Position numbers and translations under genes: made by a program
In this document: positions 37,701 to 46,681 of the stretch, piece after piece
Layout of the letters: every line of letters begins with the position of its first letter
Position numbering within the stretch: position 1 is the stretch's first letter
Notes under the pieces: generated by a model
The model's database searches: none
The model's input: the letters and a program-made list of their open reading frames with translations, nothing else
What the model was told of the DNA's origin: nothing
Source of the DNA: a virus
Length of the DNA stretch: 64,000 bases
Reading direction: 5' to 3' (one strand)
IMG/VR virus record: IMGVR_UViG_3300027833_000035
Coordinates: 8,896-72,895 of that record

Positions 37701-40173
37701 CAACATATGCATCATCAGTACCATTAAGTTGTAATGATCCATCTATGTGAAGTTTACTATCTGTTTTTGTACCACTATTTAATAACGGAGTATTATCGTG
37801 TTGAGTATATGCAACTGAGTCATTACCAATTGTAATATCCCCAGTACTTAACATTGCTAATCTTGTTGATGCACCACTATCGTAGAAGTAAACTCCTTGG
37901 TCTGCATCAGATACAAAGTACGCATTCTTTGAACTATCACCTCTAATAGAGAACGCCGCTGCGCCATCTGCTAAGAATTCTGACCAATATCCATTTTTAC
38001 CTGAGAATGGATTACCACCCATATCAATTCTGTTAAGTGATAATAGTGATAGTCCACCAGTATTACCAGCAATTGAAATTGTAGGGTTAGTAGTCGCACC
38101 TAATCCAGCATATGGCGCGATCATAATTCCGCCAGTACCTGAGTTATTATCTACAAGGTTAAAGTCTGTACCTGCGCCAACATTAATACGTCCACCAACT
38201 CTAAGCGAGTCAGCAGCACCAGTTTGACCAAGATCCAAGAAGTTTGTTGTTCCTGATGTATCATAATATACTGGTGCTTTCATATTGTCAACGGCTGTTA
38301 CGCCAGTATCTCTTACGAATAATCTATCACTACCACCAGTTCTAACTTTAAACTCGTTTGCGGAAGAGAATGTAATTAATGTATCAGCATCACCTTGGTG
38401 AATAATGTCACCTTGTAAACTGATGTTGTTCATTACTGATGTACCAGCAAAGTCGCCGTAATATGAGTTATTATCAGAGTCAACAAACTGTGGTGCAAGA
38501 ACATTATATGTAAATGTCGCGTTTGTAGCATTAAGAGTTAATCGTGCAACCCCATTTGTTGTAAATGTCTGTACATCTGTACCAAAAGAAATTTTATTAT
38601 TAGTATCACCATTATGGAATAAGTCGTCATTAATACCAAGGCTATTAAATACTGATGAACCAGCTGGATCGGCATAAAAGTTATTATCGCTTGAGTCAAG
38701 GAACCTTGGTGCGATTAAATCAACTGATGATGTAACTGCTGTATCAGTGATTGATAATCTAACTGAGCCACCCGTTGCTAAATCAATTTGATTAGTACCA
38801 AATGATAACTTAGTATCGGTATCACCGTTATGGAAAAGATCGCTATCAATTCCAATTGTATTCATTACTGATGTACCAGCAAAGTCACCAAGATACGCAT
38901 TATTGCCACTATCTAAATAACGAGGAGCTTTTACATCAACTAACGCTTCAACTGCAGTGTTATTAATTAATAGCCTTTGCCCTGCACCAGTATATACTTC
39001 GAATTGATTAGCAGCTGGGAAATTAATATACGTATCAGCATCGCCATCGTGTGATATAGTTCCAACAAGTTCAATATTATTTAACCTTGATGTATCGGAC
39101 GGCCAAGACAAATATGTATTATCATCAGAGTCTAAAAATTTATCAGCAATAAGATTACGGCCAACAGTCCAATCACCATTTAAATCTGAATATGTTTGAT
39201 AAGCAAAGACTCCATCAAGGAAACCAATTTTACCGTTATCAGAAGAAAGAACTCTATTGTTACCCGCACCGCGCATAGTAAGTAGGGCCGAACCAGTTCC
39301 GTTACCGATAGCAACCGTTCCTTCAAACTCTAAATTACCCGTAGCAATGTCATTAACATCTGAGCGAATAAACTGTGAAGCTTCTAATCCGTCAACGGTA
39401 TCAGCATCAAAGTTATTACCAGAACCTTCGTCGTCTGTTGTAATAATACGACCAATGTCTGTACCATTTGATATTAGTTTAAACCAATCGTCTGTCTCGT
39501 CCCATTGTAAAGATGATGTTGCTAAACCTCCACGAAGAACTTCCCAACCAGCGTTTTCTGTTGGTGTACCAGTAGTAAAGTTTGAATTGAGTGTAATAAT
39601 ATTATCAGCAATTAAAACCGTTTCTGATTGAACCTCGACGCGTGTACCTTGTACTGTAAGGTTACCAGTGATAATATAATCACCGTCCATCGTATCATTT
39701 TGATCCGACCTTACAAAACTTCCACTATCAATTCCATCAAGTAAATCGGCATCTAAACCAGATCCTGTGCCGTCGTTTCCAGCGTACCAAATATCTTCGC
39801 CATTAACTGTTGGAGCACGTTTAAAATCAATACCAGTTGACGTAAATGCTAAATCAATAGAACCACTATATGTAACAGCAATTCCATCAGTACCATTATT
39901 AAATGTAATACCGTTATTGCCATTGTCTATTGAATAATCATTTGGTGTTGGATTTGAAACATTTAAACTGTTTGCGTTACCAATAAAGCTGGTAATTACT
40001 GAACCATTGCCGCCATCGTTTGTTATTGTAACTGGTATACCTGAAGAATTACTAAAATCAGCTGTTCCTGATACTTGTAATTTATTTGTGCCGTCGTCGG
40101 ATGTTGTGCCGATTAGAACGTTATTCTCAGATTGAAGTCCGTTCTTTACTATGAATTTCTTATCATTTGCCAT
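31795..40173 (-). CDS. Long tail fibre/adhesin with repeated modules and a C-terminal autocleaving chaperone-like domain
   Basis: GSGLDADLLDG fibre motif; about 19 copies of an AP.FYDS.N..YY.DPASTS module; C-terminal SARWADLAERY...GVISTNP...IALKGRIPC resembles the peptidase G2/phi29 gp12-type domain. Start MANDKK with SD. Confidence 0.85.
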   Translation of the reverse strand: MANDKKFIVKNGLQSENNVLIGTTSDDGTNKLQVSGTADFSNSSGIPVTITNDGGNGSVITSFIGNANSLNVSNPTPNDYSIDNGNNGITFNNGTDGIAVTYSGSIDLAFTSTGIDFKRAPTVNGEDIWYAGNDGTGSGLDADLLDGIDSGSFVRSDQNDTMDGDYIITGNLTVQGTRVEVQSETVLIADNIITLNSNFTTGTPTENAGWEVLRGGLATSSLQWDETDDWFKLISNGTDIGRIITTDDEGSGNNFDADTVDGLEASQFIRSDVNDIATGNLEFEGTVAIGNGTGSALLTMRGAGNNRVLSSDNGKIGFLDGVFAYQTYSDLNGDWTVGRNLIADKFLDSDDNTYLSWPSDTSRLNNIELVGTISHDGDADTYINFPAANQFEVYTGAGQRLLINNTAVEALVDVKAPRYLDSGNNAYLGDFAGTSVMNTIGIDSDLFHNGDTDTKLSFGTNQIDLATGGSVRLSITDTAVTSSVDLIAPRFLDSSDNNFYADPAGSSVFNSLGINDDLFHNGDTNNKISFGTDVQTFTTNGVARLTLNATNATFTYNVLAPQFVDSDNNSYYGDFAGTSVMNNISLQGDIIHQGDADTLITFSSANEFKVRTGGSDRLFVRDTGVTAVDNMKAPVYYDTSGTTNFLDLGQTGAADSLRVGGRINVGAGTDFNLVDNNSGTGGIMIAPYAGLGATTNPTISIAGNTGGLSLLSLNRIDMGGNPFSGKNGYWSEFLADGAAAFSIRGDSSKNAYFVSDADQGVYFYDSGASTRLAMLSTGDITIGNDSVAYTQHDNTPLLNSGTKTDSKLHIDGSLQLNGTDDAYVVGNGTATFLRMDELGFGQGGGFYMNDANNLRVRNNKTLTSTGNASFAQYLDANDVLYYGDFASTSRMNNISLVGEIIHDGDTNTKIGFGADQIIFTAGGTAQLDVYTTYAEAATDMRSPIFSDAGGTFKFEPNTSNAHRFTTPTGYLDIGSKVAGSAQFDTDRALFLFNKRVNFNGGISAADANDMAYFPTYYDYNNNAYYGDFAGTSVMNRIDIDDYIRHNGDADTYFGFSAAGIYKLFINNTERLNIDDNSADFNLDVYAPRYYDSGNNAYYLDPASTSILNVVRTNQIQMDGSSLTIDSPSGPKGTIMVEGERDGYAGYMISNDWGFISSGATEMGLYNETDNEWSLVANRNNFTRLYSNNIHQIGAENGYGSAPNSMRSPIFYDLDNSAFYADLAGQSRLKSVKAGDSAIFNNTTYPLEVKSTQQRLIVLQNTAADANFPSIFHKTRNSRSAMGISFNNIGERFWFSENGDIQAYGAGIFGSLALNGGNENLGLLKSYGAGLADLKMFDASDYWDKRVIQPMQGVENNATTSTGEYVLNGDGPFASSYALRSNGYRSFDSDFIPVEPGETIYAEQAVRRISGTGGLFYLGVRRYDKNKNPIATNDGISYFAASAINHTATGWTQYSGEHVVPTTHTPYNGSDGEGVRFVRLISLMNYAPNGATREFGPPILKRTDAQSSLKAAGLTIVNDATIGNDLTVTGDISADNISANIIDAGRFRDLNDTNYYIEPKGPSKVGGNWDWTNGNINNVNKLTFNDPGPSEGLAWNGGNLWQIYESPNDFATNVGGNLQFTTGAGNGVYRLRVESDGDVWAGRYSYAQRFYDSNNSAYYADPASTSVFNEIRANEYIRHNGDTDTYIRFIGADDMQLVAGGTQMLRMAEGTNPDRLRFVTDSNWTDANGDWAMSRNVVVSGTHTALNGSYASRFYDSDDNAYYLDPASTSLTNILRANAVQFGGATYQLDATTGTYGSISVTGNKGGYAGYAINDDWVFMSSGAGVAGIFNDTNDEWAQIFRQNGDVELYYNGEEQASTKDGFFLGVNQLRSPIWYDSDNTAYKIDGNGTSRLLTLQVDNVIQGNVNGYAGSLLRKDNRIIEPNEDTAGRLTFGFTSWNNNNTAPYADYLHLRSYTDSSGGSDNLLMFKKSGRGMRLWQQSWNSGTAYSSYSDIAIYNANPGGGTSSYFYASRLVDSDDTSFYVDPSSTSKVDVIQFADGGEAQFITNAGNVRGYIQATDTNDAHLIIATSGGEDIAFRDGGLSGTTNLLVRGDGNIFVTGGTYSGRYYDRDSTGYYGDFASTSVMHTLDIRSEVYNDGWFRNDTNGRGLYNTATGQHFYSDNDDYWNVAGGGSANGIRFRDDNGSTIRGYVYANNSNDIGFLNQSGSWALRTRSGTTEVYGDIYANTYYDRNNSAYFLNPAGDNNFAGDIRANRFVHKDDVSQNDQFGLYFGSNESTAYAIYREGGGWTYPYPDLRIAFHTGIKMGANASYNGMRFYDDYTMNTQVMSINNGSDPLGANDVYVNNSLQAGSSLRAPIFYDSNDTNRYTNPASTSQMSTIEWDQLNARDRGDFITFYGNDSTYHSISSRDSGGGVSDDLRFNSYHDIFFNLDSNNNNTTGSTGFYVGMHGNATDSISGWYFQAMCDGNSYASSSFRAPIFYDRDNTGYYCNPSSGSNFNDYVRANEIYARNWFRNDGQREGIYNQQTGVHAYSYQGQYYAITGNNNSSSMSLQLRATYNGTMCRWMYGDRTWSGDLNAAGQWQLRTRHQDGYSPCIRFEESGNESWTGNPGNDVGKIEYHSNRFYITSGGNSNRICQFRQNGSDRSYIDNGGLYVGTATSARWADLAERYSADAVYENATVMGINIEGDSEVTKWEPGMPLAGVISTNPAVQMNDMGIEPGSTSTKALMNPFIALKGRIPCLVSEDVKKGQWVIPAGDGKAKGVDYGTPGINSYEIIGIAISDSENGEVEVKV

Positions 40174-40211
40174 TCGGTTCACTCTCCCCAGTTAGGCTTT
40201 ATTCTTAAATC

Positions 40212-40219
40212 TATTTATA
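40212..40219 (-). promoter_or_regulatory. T4-type late promoter upstream of the fibre-precursor-rSAM unit
   Basis: Exact TATAAATA on the minus strand, 38 nt upstream of ATG 40173. Confidence 0.75.
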
Positions 40220-40223
40220 ACGA

Positions 40224-42329
40224 TTATTTAATCAGTGTGCCAGCAATTTTATATACGTGTGATGATGCAGAACTTGATGTTACGTTTAACTTAACAACTG
40301 GTCCGTCAATTTCAACTTCAAACGTCGCTAACTCTGTATTCGTAAATACCACACCATATTCAGTAGCAATCGCGGTTGAACCGTCATGTGTAACCAACAA
40401 TTTAGTTATTTGACGATCAGATCCTTCGGTTACTGTGACTGTATATTCTGCACCAGTAAAACTACTATGTGGGAATGCGTGTACATTAGTAGAGCTTGTA
40501 GACGTCGTTGTAGTCGTAGCTGATATAAACGTAGAATAATTTAAACTTAAATTACCCTCAACCGTTAAGTTACCTGTAATTGTATCACCAGTAACATTAA
40601 CAAATCTGTTATCAGCTTCGGTTTCAGTATAATATCGACTATCTAACTGACCACCATCTAATTCTGTTTCAGTATAATATCTGCTATCTAATTGGCCGTT
40701 ATCTAATTCAGTCTCTGTGTAATAAAGGCTATTAAGTTGACCGCCGTCTAGCTCAGCCTCTGTATAATAAAGGCTATTAAGTTGACCTGCATCTAATTCT
40801 GTTTCAGTATAATAACGACTATCAAGTTCACCAGCATCTAACTCTGATTCAGTGTAGTATCTGTTATCGAGTTGACCTGCGTCTAATTCTGTTTCAGTGT
40901 AATAAAAATCATCAAAGTGTGTAGTTGCTGTACCCGTAACGTGACCATATGTATCAAACGTTAAACCGGTAATTGCTCTGCCTGTAGCCAAAGAAATATC
41001 AACAACTGAAGATGTATCATCGTGGTTTATTGTAATTGTTGTTGGAGTAGAATCATTTAAGTTAAAACTACCAGAACCATCTAACCCAGTTCCACCTTGA
41101 ACTGTAACTGAAGCATTACCAATTTGATTTGCCGCGGTATTTGCTGCTTGAGATAAAATATCTGATGCATGTAAACCATCCAATAAGTCAGCATCAAGTG
41201 AAGAACCCGTACCATCATTTGAAGTATCAAAGAAACCAAGTGTTCTAATATCGGCAGCATCCTGATCCGCGGTAGCACCGGCCTCGATTAAATCAAGCTT
41301 TGCACCATCAACAGAAAGATCCCTGCCATCAACAGTTCCAGCGGTCGTAATATCACCTGTCGTAATATCAGTAAATGTATTTAATAAAGTATTATAATCT
41401 GTTGTACTTGTGCTAAGAACTAACGTGTTGTTTGCTGAATACCATTGAAAATCAGAAACACCTGACACAGCAGCTTCACCTGCTACGGTTAATCGTCCAT
41501 CCTCATCAACAGTAAATGTTGGGATTGCGGTAGATGAACCATACGATCCTGCAGTTACACCAGTATTTGCAAGCTCAGTTGTTACTGTCATTACGCCAGT
41601 ATTTGAACTTGCTGTACCTGTAACTTTACCAGTTAATGTAAGATCCAATCCATCTTCTAATAAATCTAACTTTGCACCATCAGTAGCAATATCTCGTCCA
41701 TCTACCAAACCTGTTACTGTAATATTTCCAATAACACCAAGGCCTGTAAATGTATTAATAAGAGTATCATAATAATTCCCATCAGCAGTACCAATGGTAA
41801 AAGTATTATTTGCGATAGTCCATGTGGTGTTTGCTACACCTGCAACTGAAACCGTACTAGCAGTCGTAATTCGTCCATCTTCATCAACCGAGAAAACGGG
41901 AACAAGAGAAGCCGAACCATATGACCCTGCGGTTACGCCAGTGTTTGCCAACTCTGTTGTGAGCGTCATAACACCAGTATTTGAGAATGCGTTACCTGTT
42001 ACTTTACCATTTAATGTTAGGTCTAAAGTTGCAGGTGGTACATTCGTAAAATTATTATAATCTAAATAGTATGCACCTGACTCACCATCAAAAAGGTCAG
42101 CATCAAGGCCTGAACCTGCGCCGTCAACTGTTTTGATAAGGGTGAGAATTGCATTGGCATCTAAGTCTGCCGATACATCAATAATTGATTCGGTGTTTGC
42201 AACGGCGTCGTATTTTTTAAAATATAGTTTACCATCAGCTGTGTTGATAGCGATTTCGCCAAGTTCCAACTGTGCAATTGTAGGTACGCGTCCCGCAACC
42301 GAACTGCGTCGTAATTTTATTGTTGACAT
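40224..42329 (-). CDS. Tail fibre-like structural protein
   Basis: IKLRRSSVAGRVP...LELGEIAINTADGKLY N-terminus; two GSxLDADLxDG motifs; two GVTAGSYGS...VDEDGR motifs; two VDGRD...DGAKLD motifs; YYTETELD repeats. Confidence 0.8.
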   Translation of the reverse strand: MSTIKLRRSSVAGRVPTIAQLELGEIAINTADGKLYFKKYDAVANTESIIDVSADLDANAILTLIKTVDGAGSGLDADLFDGESGAYYLDYNNFTNVPPATLDLTLNGKVTGNAFSNTGVMTLTTELANTGVTAGSYGSASLVPVFSVDEDGRITTASTVSVAGVANTTWTIANNTFTIGTADGNYYDTLINTFTGLGVIGNITVTGLVDGRDIATDGAKLDLLEDGLDLTLTGKVTGTASSNTGVMTVTTELANTGVTAGSYGSSTAIPTFTVDEDGRLTVAGEAAVSGVSDFQWYSANNTLVLSTSTTDYNTLLNTFTDITTGDITTAGTVDGRDLSVDGAKLDLIEAGATADQDAADIRTLGFFDTSNDGTGSSLDADLLDGLHASDILSQAANTAANQIGNASVTVQGGTGLDGSGSFNLNDSTPTTITINHDDTSSVVDISLATGRAITGLTFDTYGHVTGTATTHFDDFYYTETELDAGQLDNRYYTESELDAGELDSRYYTETELDAGQLNSLYYTEAELDGGQLNSLYYTETELDNGQLDSRYYTETELDGGQLDSRYYTETEADNRFVNVTGDTITGNLTVEGNLSLNYSTFISATTTTTSTSSTNVHAFPHSSFTGAEYTVTVTEGSDRQITKLLVTHDGSTAIATEYGVVFTNTELATFEVEIDGPVVKLNVTSSSASSHVYKIAGTLIK
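40606..40913 (-). repeat. 45-bp/15-aa coding tandem repeat, 7 copies (YYTETELDxGQLDxR)
   Basis: Seven YYTE units spaced 15 aa apart in the 701-aa protein. Confidence 0.9.
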
Positions 42330-42382
42330 ATGTATGTCCTTCTGTTATAATAGATATATATCTTAATAATTAATAATATAGT

Positions 42383-45300
42383 TTAAAACGTTCCACCGTC
42401 AATTTCATTAATCGCAATCGCGACATTACCCGCGGTTACTGTAGTATCAACCCCATCAGTACCTGTAAAGGTTAGATTAGTACCTAGAGATATATCAGAT
42501 GTTGCACCACTTTCATCAATAACTGTGAATGTTGGATTTTCTAATTTAGCATTAGTGATGTCACCATCTGTTATAGAAAATTCAGTACCAGTTAATGTTA
42601 ACGCACTTCCAGCAGAGTATGTACCCGCGCCAGAGAATTGATACCAAATAACATCATCAGTACCAAGAGCAAAAGTTTCAGCATCTGTTACCGTAGCAAC
42701 GTAACCAGTACTGTTATTTACAGCACCATCAGTTACGAATTGGAAAGCACCTGGAATTTCTGAGGTTTCATTAAAGTATTCGCCTCGTGTGATTACCCAG
42801 TCAGTGGATGCACCACCGATTGTAGTAAGTTCATAAGAACCATTTTCAAGTGAGTTTGTTTGATCCTTAACAAGTATTCTATCTCCAAGAGACCACGCAG
42901 CTACACCATCAATGTCAAGTATAATATTAGCAGGAATAGTAAGAGTACCATTTCCATTATTATACGTAGCACCCAAATCGGCTGTTGTCGCCGCAAGCGC
43001 TGAAGGAATAACTCTTAATCCTTGAGCTGTACTATCAACATAACCTTTAGTTGCGGCATCTTGTATACTAACAGGGTCAACAAGGTCTTTAATTCGATTA
43101 TTACTTACACTTATTTCATTTGTATCAGAATTAAGAGTTAAGTCGTGTCCAGTTGAGACGGCCGTAGAAATTGTTCTATTAGTTATTAATACTGAACCTG
43201 ATTTTAAATCGCCATCAACTTCAAGTGCTTTAAATACAGAGTCTGTACCACCTGGATGTAAGAAGTAAGATGTAGCATCAGTATCAACAAATTTCTTAGC
43301 TCTTACTTCATTGCCTACAATCCAGTTACTAGTGGATCTTTCTGCATAAGCAGAGAAGTTAAACGTATTATTAAGGAAACCAATTTTACCTTGACCGGCA
43401 TAAAGCGTTGACTGAGAACCTGGACCGTCAGCCATTCCAATTTGTGAGAATGTTAAACCATAACCAACTCTTAGACCATTAAGTCTTGTTTCACCAGCAA
43501 AATCACCATAGTAGTTATTATTATCTGAGTCAAAATATCTTGGAGCAAATACGTTACCAGAAAATGTAGCACCATTTGTTGTGGCGTATAGAGTATCTAA
43601 GAAAGAGTAATCAATTCCAATTAAAACATCAGCTGCCGCGCCTGCGCTTTGCGTGATTGTTAAACCAGAGTTTGCAGAAGCACCTATAACGTTTTCAACA
43701 TAATCAGCTGTAATTGTCGCATTAATCGTCGTATCAGTTAGCCTTGTAACTTCTGCAGTACCAGATAAATCACCACCTAATGTAATGTTGAAGTTATCTG
43801 CAAAGAGGCTCATTACATCGTTAGGATCATCGTTTACTGCAAATACACCCCCACCATTTGCATTACCGTCTGTAAACATTAAGGCAATAATATCACGTGA
43901 TGTTTCAGTAAAGTTTGGAATCGCGTTAGCTTGTAATTCTAATGGAATGTCTGTAGCAAAATCAATACGACCATCTTCAGTAATTCTGATACGAGGAGTA
44001 AATCCATCAGTACCATACATTTCAGCAGAAACGCCAGTAACATCAAGTCCAATTTTTAATTCGTTGTTTGCGCTATCAATTTCCTGAAGTTCTAAACCAC
44101 GACCAAGATTTAATGTTGGATTTTGTAGTAAATCAATATCTGTTAAATGTGTATTGGCACCGTCTTCAATCTGTAACTTAGATGAGAACTGTCCGCCAAG
44201 ATAGTTAAGAGTAACTACATCACTAAGATTAACTGGGTCAGCAACATTAGTAATTGTATTATTTGCAGCATCAATATTTCCAGTAGGATCAAGTACTAAG
44301 TTAGCGTTTGAAACAATTTTGGTATTGACTTCTAAATTACCTGTGTTATAATTAAGTATAACTTCGTTAAGATTTTGGCCAAAGTTTAAATTACCAAGCT
44401 CATCAATTTGCATTCTTTGAGTATTGGCAGTATAGAAATCTAAATCATTATTGTCAACGCCAGCAGCGGTTTCAGCAATGATATATGTATTTCTGTCGAG
44501 ATCCATAACTGAACCAGCAAGACCAGCCCAAGCAGTACCATCGTAACCTTCAAACCGAGCATCTTCAGTATTATAACGTAATCCACCAACGATACCAACT
44601 GGTCTTTCTGCAGTCGTACCTTTTGGCATAACCAATGCGCCATTAGTATCAATTCTAATTAACTCATCGTCTGAACCAAGTTTACCTGTAAAGATTTTAT
44701 CAAAGTTATAATTTGCCGCACCAAGTGTTAAAGTGCCAGTTGCATTTGGTCTTAGAGAAGTTGATATGACAGGAACATTAACATCACCATAAAAAGTGGT
44801 AACGTTATTTGCATTCATCATAGCAACTCTAGAACCGCCAGTAAAGAATTGTAATTGATCGTCGTCAGACCCTGGACTATTCTCTGCTATAACCTTCGTG
44901 TCTTGGTCAACATCAACAGTACCACCCAGTCCTGCCCACGCAACACCATCATAACCTTCGAATTGGCTATCCTGAGTATTAAAGCGAATTTGACCAGTTG
45001 CTTCGGTTGGTCTTTCTAATGTTGTACCTTGTGGTAACCTAACTGCGGTTGTACCTGAGATTATTAAATCATCACCGATTGGATTGATTTGATCCAATGG
45101 CAGAGTTTGTGAAACACTAAATTGAGTTCCATTAAGATTTAAACCAGCGCCAGCTGTAAATGTACCTTCACCTTGGAACTGAGCCCAATCAACAGGATCA
45201 GTATTAAGATTAAAGTTAGCGGCATCAAGAACTGTAGAAACCCAACCTGTACCACCATTGATTGTACCATCGGTAACAAACTCATATGATCCTGGAAGAT

Positions 45301-46258
45301 TTTCGCTTGTATTGAAATCAGCTCTTTGGAATATCCATTCAGTATTGGCAGAACCAACTTGGATTACATCATAAGAACCGTTTTGTGTTTTGTCTGTTTG
45401 GTCTTTAACAAGAAGGTTTTCACCAAGTGTCCATGTAGTAACATCATCAATATATAAAAAGTTAACTGGTGGAATAATAAGAGTATCACGTACAGTTGAG
45501 TTTCCTGTTTCAAACGTGGCACCTAAATCTTCTGTCGTCGCAGCAAGAGCTTGTGGTCTAACCACGAAACCTTGTACTAAATTATCAACATATCTTTTGT
45601 TGGTAGCATCTGTAGGAAGAATAGGATCTTCAAAAACTTTAATAGATGTTTCAACTCTATCTAATTCAAACTCGAGGTATGTTTTGTTAATTCCGTCAAA
45701 TCCATCAATAGGATCAAGTACACCAGTAATTCTATGGAAAGACATATCAATAACATTATTAGAACCTGGGTTAAATGTAATGTCACCGTTTGCAGTGTAT
45801 GTTTTATTAAATAGTTCAACACCGCCTGCTTCAAGAGTCGTAAGTCCAATTATATTATTTGAGGTCTCACCAAGAGTTAAGGCTGTTGTACCGAGTGTAA
45901 TATCGTCTGTTGTAATTACATTATTAGCATAAGAAAAATTATCTTCACTAAATGAACGAGTATTGAATTGAGTAATGTGACCATATTGGTCTATATCAAT
46001 ATTACCAGCAAATACTAAACCGGCGTTATTAGAACTTATTTCTGTTGATGTAGCTGCGTGTGATATGACAAGATTTGCATTTTCTACATTAAGTTCCGGC
46101 GTAACAATAATACCTGAACCTGCATCAATCTTTGCAACGTATTGACCAACTGTATCAATACCGAGCGTAATGGAATCTGGCGTAATGAGTGGTTTTTTCT
46201 CAGCAGCAGCGACAATCCTAATCTTACCCGGGGCGCCTACTTTTACTTTAATGCTCAC
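42383..46258 (-). CDS. Large virion structural/fibre protein with internal duplications
   Basis: Two P.GTT.ERP...RxNTxD..FEGYDG.AW.GL modules; two ALAATT.DLGAT...LVKDQT...NGSY modules; DP....DAxxKxYVD motifs. Confidence 0.8.
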   Translation of the reverse strand: MSIKVKVGAPGKIRIVAAAEKKPLITPDSITLGIDTVGQYVAKIDAGSGIIVTPELNVENANLVISHAATSTEISSNNAGLVFAGNIDIDQYGHITQFNTRSFSEDNFSYANNVITTDDITLGTTALTLGETSNNIIGLTTLEAGGVELFNKTYTANGDITFNPGSNNVIDMSFHRITGVLDPIDGFDGINKTYLEFELDRVETSIKVFEDPILPTDATNKRYVDNLVQGFVVRPQALAATTEDLGATFETGNSTVRDTLIIPPVNFLYIDDVTTWTLGENLLVKDQTDKTQNGSYDVIQVGSANTEWIFQRADFNTSENLPGSYEFVTDGTINGGTGWVSTVLDAANFNLNTDPVDWAQFQGEGTFTAGAGLNLNGTQFSVSQTLPLDQINPIGDDLIISGTTAVRLPQGTTLERPTEATGQIRFNTQDSQFEGYDGVAWAGLGGTVDVDQDTKVIAENSPGSDDDQLQFFTGGSRVAMMNANNVTTFYGDVNVPVISTSLRPNATGTLTLGAANYNFDKIFTGKLGSDDELIRIDTNGALVMPKGTTAERPVGIVGGLRYNTEDARFEGYDGTAWAGLAGSVMDLDRNTYIIAETAAGVDNNDLDFYTANTQRMQIDELGNLNFGQNLNEVILNYNTGNLEVNTKIVSNANLVLDPTGNIDAANNTITNVADPVNLSDVVTLNYLGGQFSSKLQIEDGANTHLTDIDLLQNPTLNLGRGLELQEIDSANNELKIGLDVTGVSAEMYGTDGFTPRIRITEDGRIDFATDIPLELQANAIPNFTETSRDIIALMFTDGNANGGGVFAVNDDPNDVMSLFADNFNITLGGDLSGTAEVTRLTDTTINATITADYVENVIGASANSGLTITQSAGAAADVLIGIDYSFLDTLYATTNGATFSGNVFAPRYFDSDNNNYYGDFAGETRLNGLRVGYGLTFSQIGMADGPGSQSTLYAGQGKIGFLNNTFNFSAYAERSTSNWIVGNEVRAKKFVDTDATSYFLHPGGTDSVFKALEVDGDLKSGSVLITNRTISTAVSTGHDLTLNSDTNEISVSNNRIKDLVDPVSIQDAATKGYVDSTAQGLRVIPSALAATTADLGATYNNGNGTLTIPANIILDIDGVAAWSLGDRILVKDQTNSLENGSYELTTIGGASTDWVITRGEYFNETSEIPGAFQFVTDGAVNNSTGYVATVTDAETFALGTDDVIWYQFSGAGTYSAGSALTLTGTEFSITDGDITNAKLENPTFTVIDESGATSDISLGTNLTFTGTDGVDTTVTAGNVAIAINEIDGGTF

Positions 46259-46261
46259 TGG

Positions 46262-46588
46262 TTAAACCTCCGTGATCGTTGGAATAACTATCGCTAGTCC
46301 TTCAACAATTTTAGACATCTCACCACTGGATTTTCTCATTAAAACATCATATTCATATTTCCCTGGCCTTAGATTAGCAGTAACATCCGCCTCTAAAACG
46401 AGTGTAATGTCGTTTTCGTTTTTCTCTACAACAAATTCTGCTGCGCGCTTTGATGAATACATTTTTCTTAAGTCTGCGAAAAAACTAAATGTGCTTATCA
46501 CCAAATCATCATCGTCTCCGTCGAACATTTCCAACGTGATACGAAAATCAGTACCTTGATCTATATAGATATTTGCTTTGGATCCCAT
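46262..46588 (-). CDS. Small virion structural protein
   Basis: ANIYIDQGTDF...LRPGKYEYDVL...KIVEG..IV.P pattern typical of T4-like phage fibre-adjacent proteins. Confidence 0.7.
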   Translation of the reverse strand: MGSKANIYIDQGTDFRITLEMFDGDDDDLVISTFSFFADLRKMYSSKRAAEFVVEKNENDITLVLEADVTANLRPGKYEYDVLMRKSSGEMSKIVEGLAIVIPTITEV

Positions 46589-46614
46589 CTTCTCATCTCT
46601 TTATTAATTTAATC

Positions 46615-46622
46615 TATTTATA
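46615..46622 (-). promoter_or_regulatory. T4-type late promoter
   Basis: Exact TATAAATA on the minus strand, just past the terminator. Confidence 0.72.
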
Positions 46623-46655
46623 AAAAATAAGGGGATACAATTGCTTGACCCCCTC
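46622..46655 (-). terminator. Rho-independent terminator after the collagen-like fibre gene
   Basis: Minus strand reads GAGGGGGTCAA-GCAA-TTGTATCCCCTT-ATTTTTT: an imperfect stem with a GNRA loop and a U-tract. Confidence 0.7.
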
Positions 46656-46681
46656 ACTTATCATGGTTGAGATATGCAAAA

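Noticed and set aside
31033-40173. Diversity-generating retroelement or invertase shufflon acting on the fibre or precursors
   Set aside because: There is no reverse transcriptase or recombinase in the window, the repeats are direct, and I saw no adenine-specific TR/VR pair.
40606-40913. 45-bp periodic repeat as a CRISPR array
   Set aside because: It is an in-frame coding repeat with synonymous variation and no unique spacers; no cas genes are present.
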